64,000 nucleotides of DNA from Octopus vulgaris (lineage: Eukaryota), in assembly GCA_951406725.2 (NCBI GenBank), contig OX597822.1, forward strand, positions 96,968,001 through 97,032,000, in the 5' to 3' direction. The position numbers and the translations under genes are program-made. The first letter of the stretch is position 1, and each line of letters starts with the position of its first letter. Under the pieces are notes generated by a model, which was not told the origin of the DNA, did no database searches, and worked only from the letters and a program-made list of their open reading frames with translations. This document shows positions 54,936-64,000 of this stretch, in pieces.

Positions 54936-57900
54936 CTAATCCATTTGGTACCAACTCACCTGAGACCACCACCACCAGTTCTGTGATGCAAGCTTCTTTT
55001 AAATAGCTTTATTAAAACCTTCCATCAAAATTTCATGTTAATTCATGTTCCAAACAGCTACTTAATAATGGCCATGTTATTCCTCTAAATTCTTCATTAA
55101 TTGAAACAGTGAGTGGCACGTAAAAAGCACCATCCGAATCGTGGCCGAAGCCGGTGCCGCCTCGACTGGCTTCCGTGCAGGTGGCACGTAAAATGCACCA
55201 ATCCGACCGTGGCCGATGCCAGCCTCGCCTGGCTCCAGTGCAGGTGGCACGTAAAAAGCACCCACTACACTCACGTGGCTGAATTTGATGAATATTTAGA
55301 AAAGAAGTTCCATACAAGAATGGAAAGCTTAGAAATGGGGGGGGGCCTGAAAGTTATTCTAGCAACAACAACAAAAGTGTTAACCAAGAGGAAAGAAAAC
55401 AGGACTCTACTGCTATCTGGTAGGATGCCTTCCTAGGTGCACAGGAAAACGGTAAACTTTGAATGTAGAAGAGATACAGTGAGATCACAGCAAAACTGAG
55501 AAGGAAAGAGTACTTTTTTTTATGGAGCAGATACACAGAACTAGCTATCAGTAAGAGCGCCTGTGAAATGAATTATTTCAAATACTCAAAATGCTCTGTG
55601 GAAGTATTTGATAGCTTCTGTTATGTTGCCTAGGTGACCCAGTTAGTTGTGAAATAGAGTGGTCTGAAAGTATGGTAGCTTGAGAAGGAAAAAAAAAATA
55701 AGATGGAAAAAGTTCTGGAAGCTATTATCTCTGTTGGCAAGATAAGCTATTCCTGCTGAGTCAAAAGGTAGATTTGTGTGACGTTGCATGGTTGCAGTGG
55801 GCATTAAATATGAAGGATATATGTAGGCTGGAAAGGAATGAGAACATGCTTCTTCATCAGATATTAATGTTAGCAGAACACAAATGAGCTGAAAGAAAAA
55901 CAGTATATCAGAGCAATAAGATGCAGTGTGCAAAAGAGAACACTACATTCATTTGGAACATAGTGACCTGGGCAAAATTTCCTAAAATAAATTATGGCAT
56001 ACCCAAATACAACAATTTTTTTTCACTAAAATTCTTGTTTTCCTATCCATACATAGTGAGAGAAGTATTTATATGTATGTATATATATATACATATGTAA
56101 GCATTTACCTATATCTCTAGAAGAAAACAGGGGTTTGTGTGAGGCCATCTGACAGATGTTAATATGGAAGGTTGAATATTTCACTTCATTAAACTAACAA
56201 ACAGATCTTACTCTTTCACTTACAGCTTTATTTCTTTCATCAGATGTCCAAAGCTATAGATAAATTAATCATATTTGCCGTATTACTCATCTAACATAGT
56301 TCATTGTCATCAAAATAATTTTGCTTCTTCTGTTCTTCTGTTTGATTTGGTGACATTTCTACAAAAGGTCAAATGTAAAAGAACTGTATATAACATCTAG
56401 CTTGGATAATGATAACATTACAGGCCATTCAGGTGTGACAGGAATATTGTTAGAAAATCTTTTATTGTCTCCTCCATAATTATGCTGGAATCAAGTAATG
56501 TCTGACGTGGTCATTTAACTCTTCCATGCCATCAAAGTAATGTCTGGTTGTGTTTGGGGCTTTTGTCTACACTTAAGAAATGTCAGAGTTGGTGGGTGAA
56601 GAGAGCAAGAAGGATGAATGCTCACAAAACTATGGCTTGTTATTTATTCGTTCTGTGGTCTTCTTGTAGCTTTTATCTTGCTCACATGCTTCATATAATT
56701 AGCAGTTGCTCAGCTACAAGTAACTGTAGGTACATCTAGTAATTTTGTATAGGTGTGGTGGTTTTTACAGTAAATTGAATTCATCCAAATCCATCCGAAG
56801 TTATTTGAACATTTCAAAATTAAAAGAGAATAGGACAACAAATTCTACTAGAATCTGATTTCTCTTCATCTGGGAGGCAGTAAATTGACAGAATTGTTAG
56901 ACCATCGGTTAGAATGCCTCACACTATCTCTTCTGACACATTGCACTTTAAGTTCAAATACTACCAAGGTCAAATTCACCTTTCATCCTTTGTACTTGAT
57001 GAAAAAAGTACCAATTCGGGAATGTGGACTTACAGAAGTTTAAGAATATCAGCCCAGAGGCCTTGTGGTACTTGTTCTAGTTCAAATCCTGCTACAGTCG
57101 ACATGGGTAGTACACTTCTGTCACCTGGTTTTAACACCACCACCTGCTGCCTTGGGTACCTTTAGCAGAGTCCACTCAGTTTTGAGCATTCTGGTTAAAT
57201 CTCTGGTTTGAGGGCACCCTCTTCTCTCCTTCCCTCTAATCTTGCAAATGATCGTGTGTACAAGTTACCCTTATGTCTCAAAGTTGGTAAAAAAAATTAT
57301 GAAGCAGATTGGATCCAACAAACTATTCTGTTCAAGGCCGCATAAAAAACATAAAAGAATTAAAATAATGCAGTAAATTTAGTCTACAGAAATTAATTGC
57401 TTAATTACTCTGATGTAACATATAGTCAAATGATACACACAGTTACCATTTTTTTTTTATCTTTAAGAGTAATTCAGTAATCTGTAGTGAGAGAGTGGGG
57501 GATACATTTGTTTACATTTGATGTTTTACATTGCACATCGCAGCAACAGGTAAAATTGGTATTGTTTATCATTAAGCATACTTTGTATTGCTTAACATAG
57601 ATCTTATTCTCAAGTCAATGAGAGAGCCTTTATCCTTAGATTATCTTGCCTTGATGTTGAATCAATGTATGCACTGATTTCTATATAGGAACAAAAGTTC
57701 TAACCTAGCTCTAAGTGACTGGTTGGGTAGCCAACACCAAGGAGATGAAGTTAAGTCAAAACACCTGTGTCTGATGGTCCACTAACACCATTCAGATATC
57801 AGATAGAACTATCTTTCTAATACACACAGTTTCCAAAAAGAACTTACTCTTGCACAAAAGAAAAAAAAATATATTTTATAAATGTTACAGTCATTGTTAT

Positions 57901-58675
57901 TGTAATTTAATACTATTTCAAATGCATTCATTGTTGTAAGTGAAGCCAGGGTAAGCTAGCGTTTTGTTTGTTCATTTCCGTATGGGAACAAAAGTTCTGA
58001 CCTGTCTCTAAATGACCAATAAATCTGTCAGTAAAAAGGTGAAGCTAACGTCATTCAGTGTGAGCAGTATTTTTAACACACACAGTCTCTAAAGAGGAGT
58101 TTGTCTGAAACAAAAGGAGAAACGGCTAGTGTCGTTCTTCATTTGTGTCTACATTTTAAGTGCTATACACTTACAATGTTGGGTCCACTGTGGAACTGTT
58201 GTGTCTCAGACATCAACAGTCAGCAAAAAATTTATAAGAAGTAAGGCAAAGATATTTCAGTAAACAGAAGTAATTAGCTTGTAAATTAATTTATTGAAAT
58301 GAAACCATACCAACGAAATATGAATAGCAATTAAATTAAATTTTGTTAAGAAATCATTATTAGTCATTAATTAGTTTAAATTCCTGAATGTCTTTCAATA
58401 CTGTTGGAATCAAATATCAACTGCAACTGATTCCATTTGAAATATCATATATCTTCTGTTAAGTTGTTGCTGGTGGTCAGCATCTCACTTGACCAACGTC
58501 TGCATGCTTAACTGGCTTCTTCAAGACATTTAGAGTAAGAATTACTATTTAGCTTGATACTCTGAGTACTAAAGCCAATGGTTATTGAATGTTATGGCAG
58601 AAGTACTGAGAGCAGTGGCAGTAGCTGTGGTGAAATAGTTGTGGTAGTTGTGTGGTTCTGATTTTTCTTTTTTCC

Positions 58676-58894
58676 TTTTATTCTTTTACTTGTTTCAGTC
58701 ATTTGACTGCGGCCATGCTGGAGCACCGCCTTTAGTCGAGCAAATCGACCCCGGGACTTATTCTTTGTAAGCCCAGTACTTATTCTATCGGTCTCTTTTG
58801 CCGAACCGCTAAGTGATGGGGACGTAAACACACCAGCATCGGTTGTCAAGCAATGCTAGGGGGACAAACACAGACATACAAACACACTCACACT

Positions 58895-58928
<34 letters not shown>

Positions 58929-59093
58929 CGACAGGCTTCTTTCAGTTTCCGTCTACCAAATCCACTCACAAGGCTTTGGTCGGCCTGGGGCTATAGCAGA
59001 AGACACTTGCCCAAGATGCCACGCAGTGGGACTGAACCCGGAACCATGTGGTTGGTTAGCAAGCTACTTACCACACAGCCACTCCTGCGCCTG
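58676..59093 (-). mobile_element. SINE family 2, full length
   Basis: Near-identical to 12063-12466. Partial copies at about 2005-2160, 5840-6000, 25320-25525, 38150-38285, 40285-40450 and 49100-49340. Confidence 0.85.
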
Positions 59094-59989
59094 ATTGTGA
59101 AAAGAGCTTTGTAATTTGCTTGAAGCATTGTGTGTTACAGAAGTAAAATAAAACGAATAATGAAAACAGTGAGCTTCTAACAATGTGAAAAAGAAGAGTT
59201 AAGTAACCTTCATATATTTCAAGCGCAAACGCCTGAGCCTTTGTACCTGAAAGCTCTCCATCTTCAATATTTGTTTATTTTAGTTCAGTTTGTGTTCTAG
59301 AGCTCTGTATGTGATATCTACCTCTGTGTGCTTAATCAGCTGGAAGAAAAGATTCAAGTTAACTAATAGCTGGTTATATTTTAGTTCTTTAGTCATGTTT
59401 CAGGATGTTTTTTTGTTCCACAAACCTTACCTGTTTGTTGATTTATGTACAACTACATAGCATCAGCATCATTATCATTGTTTATGATTACCCAAAGGTA
59501 TGCACACACACACACACACAATCTCCTGCAGTTTCTTTGTGCTTCAGCCTTTTTTTTCCACAGTAATCCTAACTGAGCTTACCAGTCTATCATTGTGGTA
59601 TATGGCCAATTATTGTGACATCACCTCTTTCTAGTACAATGGCTTTTGGCTCCTCTGTACTGTCTTTCTTCAATATATAGGCATGCACACATATATAGGC
59701 ACACACACATACGCGCATGCACGCACTAGAGTTAATTTTGTAGAAAAGGAAGCAGTCAATTGAAACGCCTCCCCCCCCCCCCGTATTTATTTTATTGCTC
59801 CATGTGGTGAGTATTAGACACAGTCAACAAACACCCAATGTAGAATATGAACTCCAAATAATTGGCAAGATCCCAGACTTTGCCATTCCTGTCAGCTGTG
59901 AAAAATATTACTAAATAGAAGTGAAAACGTAATGCCATGATGTGTTAGAAAAAGCAGCACTAGTACATTGTTAGTGAAGTTCTCTGGAG

Positions 59990-60200
59990 ATAGATCGTTA
60001 GCTCCTACACGCATTTTTTTTCTCTCCTTGTTTCTCTCCTTGTTTTTTTTTCTGTGTATCTTTCTGTCGAAGAGCGTAGGCTCGAAACGTAAAAGACTTG
60101 TTCTATTTCTATTCCTGAGTGCCATACTAATACATTTGTTTGTTTGTACTCCACCTGCCTTCGTCTTTTGTTTATTTTCATAAACCTTCTCGTTATATAT
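59990..60200 (+). mobile_element. ~200-bp dispersed element with a minimal hammerhead-like motif at 60059-60096, ending in (TA)n
   Basis: TCTTT-CTGTCGA-a-GAGC-gtag-GCTC-GAAA-CG-TA-AAAGA. A closely similar copy lies inverted at 31426-31626. Confidence 0.6.
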
Positions 60201-60431
60201 ATATATCATCATCATCATCATTTAGCGTCCGTTTTCTATGCTAGCATGGGTTGGACGTTTCAACTGGGGTCTGTGAAGCCGCAAGGCTTCATCAGGCCCA
60301 GTCAGATGAAGCCTTCCGGCTTCACAGACCCCCAGTTGAACCGTCCAACCCATGCTAGCATATATATATATATATATATATATATAGGGAGAGAGAGATC
60401 GTCTGTAGCTCATTAGAGCAGTAATATATTT

Positions 60432-60579
60432 TTATGGCCGGTCAGAGAGTGACCATAGGTTTCACACCTATAAAGCCATATAGGTGACTCATCAGACTCA
60501 AACTGGTGAGTCTGAGTCGCCTCTATGGCTAAGCGCTTTATAGGTCCAAAACCAATGGTCACTCTCTGACCAGCCATAA
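60432..60579. mobile_element. Inverted-pair element carrying the canonical hammerhead (left arm) and a decayed copy (right arm)
   Basis: ttatggccggtcagagagtgacca...gactca / tgagtc...tggtcactctctgaccagccataa, located just downstream of a (TA)n tract. Confidence 0.6.
60447..60499 (-). ncRNA. Type I hammerhead ribozyme motif with canonical core
   Basis: Minus strand reads GAGT-CTGATGA-gt-CACCTATA-tggctt-TATAGGTG-t-GAAA-CC-tat-GG-TC-ACTC. This gives stem I GAGT/ACTC, core CUGAUGA, an 8-bp stem II, GAAA, a short stem III and a GUC cleavage triplet. Confidence 0.75.
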
Positions 60580-61127
60580 CTATCAACTTCCCTAAAAGTA
60601 TATATCCCAAAAATGTGTGTGTGTGAAATTAAAGAAACAACAACAGAACAGGAATTAAGTTCATTATGCAATTACTGTTCCTTTGTTATTTTTTAAAATT
60701 TCATATTATGCTCTGCACTCATTGCTTTATTCTGAAGCATGGTATATTGAGTTCTAGCACCAGGATTTCAATATTGCTATGCCTAAGTGAAATTTTAAAA
60801 TGCATGCATGCATGTATGCATGACACTGTTGCACTGCTTCTCAAAGTTTTAGTGGATGATTGCAAATGTGTAACATAACTTTTGACTCCCACTCAAGGAA
60901 TAATCATAATGTAATCATGCATCACTGGAGTCACCTGACTGGAGTCTGTCTATCTATCTATCTTTCTTTTCTTCTATTGGCGCACATGCTACAATATGCA
61001 CATTCTCTAGTGTGCCAGTGAAGATTTACACCTTGTTTGGTTGTGTGGAATGTGTGTGAAACCTTCGTCTTTCAGCATTTCACCTACTGTACAATGTTGA
61101 ACAACATACAAACCTACCCTTTATCTA

Positions 61128-61190
<63 letters not shown>

Positions 61191-61599
61191 CCCTTCTCTC
61201 ACAAGAGATATGTAAGCTTTCTGTTGCATAACTTGGTGGCTTTGGCATAGATAAGTAGTGAGATCTTCTGCAAAATTCCATGAAAAGTGACATCTAAAAC
61301 AGTACCACCTTGCCAAATAACCTACCTTATAAATAGCTGTCATATTAGCCTGAATGCAGATAGATTTATTTGTTCTGTTCACGCATCTGTCTATTAGTTG
61401 TTAATTGTTGTTCACTAGCCAAGTTGTTCACTTGGTTGCAAATGAATTATTGATTTTCTTTAAAGCTAGGCTCTGACTTGATTTGAACACCTAAGTTCGT
61501 GGTTAACTCTACTGCACTTTGCATATGCACAGACCCCATGTATTTACTGACTGCACCATTGCAGTCACAGTACCTCTTTACTCAGTGACCCTCTGCATT

Positions 61600-62280
61600 C
61601 ATTGCACATCTGTATTCTCTGTGCTTGCTGCTTACCATACATGCTGCACCCCTATACTTAGAGTGCTTTCATACACTCTGTGCTTCTATATTTACTGTCC
61701 TTATTCTCATGGTGCCACTATACTCACTGTACTTCTACTCACTATGCTTATACTCACTGTTTCTACACAACTCTTCTATACTCATCCCTCTACTCGCTGT
61801 ACCTCTGTATTCACCATGCCTCCATATTTACTGTGCCTCTATACTCCTGCCTCATTTCACTGTGCCTCCATACTCACTATGCTTCTACTCGCTGCACATT
61901 TATACTCAATCAGCATCTATACTCACTGTTTCTGCACAACCCTTCTATACTCATCCCTCTACTCGCTGTACCTCTGTATTCACCATGCCTCCATATTCAC
62001 CATGCCTCTATACTCCTGCCTCCATACTCACTATGCTTCTACTCGCTGCACATTTATACTCAATCAGCATCTATACTCACTGTTTCTACACAACCCTTCT
62101 ATACTCATCCCTCTACTCGCTGTACCTCTATATTCACCATGCCTTCATATTTACTGTGCCTCTATACTCCCTATGCTTCTACTCACCACACCTCTATACT
62201 CACTGTGCCTTGATACTCACTATGCCTTTAATCGCTGCATCTTTATCAGTGCAATGAGCATATATCGCTTATAGTACACA
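61600..62280. repeat. Higher-order tandem repeat: ~17-19-bp monomers (ctatactcactgtgcct-like) grouped in ~154-169-bp units
   Basis: The block tatactcactgtttct.cacaac.cttctatactcatccctctactcgctgtacctct recurs at 61749, 61918 and 62072. Confidence 0.85.
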
Positions 62281-62945
62281 GTGCTTCTGTGACCTCCATA
62301 TCTGCAATGGTCACCTCCACCTTACCTCTTTATAGTTATAGCATTTCTATAATCATTCTCTCTCTCTTTCACTTTTGCTCTATGTAGTTTTAGTGTCTAT
62401 ATAACTGTTCTATACTTCCTTATAAACTGGAACTATATATTTCTGTTGTTTTTCTCTTCAGTCATTAAACATGCAACAGTTCATATTGTAATTCTATCTT
62501 CACTAACTTCCCCCCACTTATTTCTTCATGCCGAGCAGGCAACGGGCTTTACTCCTTTCCACCATTTTCCTCTCATGTTTGCCATCCTCTTCTCAACATG
62601 TTTCCTATTCTGCTCCGTCCAACCTCCCACTTTCTTCTTCTTCTTCTTCTTAGCTGTCACTGTCATTTCTCCATGTGCTGCATACATATTTATCGATTCA
62701 TTTTTAATAACCAGTCTTGCTGGGTTTTCATTGTGCTGGCTGATCAAATAGCTAATAAAACACTGCTGACAACTGAAAGCCTAGAATAGACGCAGCTTGG
62801 TGACTTGAAAGTACATTTTTGTTGTTTTTTGTTTTTTTGCTCTACACATTTGCAAGCACACACACACACATACACACACACACGCACACACCCATGTATT
62901 GTGTGTACATATGTGCAAATGTAGTGTCTACATGTGTGCATACAC

Positions 62946-62984
<39 letters not shown>

Positions 62985-63534
62985 GATATATATGACAGCC
63001 AGTGTTCAATCTATATACACACAGGTATATATTCTGGTGTGATGCATGTGTATGTATGCATATGTGTGTATATTTGTATATGCTTGTGTATATATTTAAA
63101 TATATAAACACACACACACAAACACACTGACATACATGTTAATATGTCTTTTCGCACCCAAAGGATTGTTTACTAGGAAATATTGAAAAAAGGAAACAAA
63201 CTGCAACTAGCTAATTTATTAACCCTTTCAATTAACCTGTCTGCTAATTTGAATTGTAATGATTGAGAATTAATGTAAAAATAATTCTTGTTTTTTCATT
63301 TTTTTTTTTTTTTTTTTTGCACTATCTTAAAATTATTTAAGTTCTGAGTTAATGTCAATGTAATCAACTAATCCTTCCGTCCCCTTCAAAAATATTTCGG
63401 GTTTTGTGTCCATACAACAAACAGTCCTTATAATGGCTGCTCCTTCTCTAACTTCTGTTTTAGATCTTGTATTGCTGGGTCCATATTATGGGCTTGAGGT
63501 GCTGGTGGGATGATGTTACTTGACAACATGCTCT

Positions 63535-63569
<35 letters not shown>

Positions 63570-63672
63570 AAAAAAATCCTCATCATTATTATTAATTCTA
63601 TTGAAGTTAACTTTGCCATTTATCTTTGAGGGAGTCAATAAAATAAGTGAGCCGGGCGACGTGTCCAGCCCA

Positions 63673-63716
<44 letters not shown>

Positions 63717-63888
63717 GATGTGTTGTCACAGGATTTAATGTCATTTACTTTGCTTACAGGATCATAATATACTCAATAGCTGTGGACTTTTAATGAATCG
63801 TTTATATAATGTCTCCCTCCCATACTTTGTTAAACAGTTTGGTTGTTGTCTCTCTTTTCAAAATTATCATTCTCTCTGTGTTTTTCAG

Positions 63889-63970
63889 GATGGATGGGCG
63901 TAGATGGTCTTTTGCATCACTGCCATCATCTGGTTATGGAACCAACACACCTGCTAGCTCCAATGTCTCG
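63889..63970 (+). CDS. MAST: Internal coding exon of a MAST-family (microtubule-associated Ser/Thr) kinase, N-terminal DUF1908 region
   Basis: Polypyrimidine tract and tttttcAG acceptor (63887-88). The 82-nt exon reads g+ATG GAT GGG CGT AGA TGG... = [27 protein letters not shown], followed by a GTATGT donor at 63971. It matches the MAST hallmark [20 protein letters not shown]. Phase 2 in, phase 0 out. Confidence 0.96.
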
Positions 63971-64000
63971 GTATGTTACTTCGAATTTTTGTATATTTAT

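Noticed and set aside
61519-62274. Longest ORF in the track (251 aa) as a protein-coding gene
   Set aside because: Non-ATG start, tandem-repeat composition, all three frames open, and no recognisable domain.
53428-63888. Micro-exon between the two MAST exons (vertebrate MAST2 has a short insert at this position)
   Set aside because: Several AG/GT pairs exist, but none can be supported without RNA data.

Overview
AT-rich, microsatellite- and TE-dense animal DNA. The SINE, MITE and microsatellite landscape looks like octopus or another coleoid cephalopod (inference). There is a 100-N assembly gap at 11638-11737. Nearly all ORFs in the supplied track are microsatellite or TE artefacts. The only well-supported gene is a + strand microtubule-associated Ser/Thr kinase (MAST family, Drosophila dop-like), seen as two short conserved N-terminal (DUF1908-region) exons that the ORF track does not translate in frame: 53355-53427 (G-SPMDSPRQASPNLHNQFPFQNIK-K) and 63889-63970 ([27 protein letters not shown]). 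Upstream are several candidate alternative first exons with phase-compatible donors (best: 17856-18006). The rest is intronic or upstream TE material: three SINE families, TTAA-flanked piggyBac-type MITEs (some nested), a mariner remnant, a Helitron-like element, and RTE and RLE-type LINE fragments. The most striking signal is at least five sequence-distinct short elements carrying type-I hammerhead-ribozyme-like cores. Most are arranged as head-to-head inverted pairs next to (TA)n tracts, consistent with Penelope pLTR-derived or retrozyme-like elements. All calls are by eye; no searches or folding programs were run.
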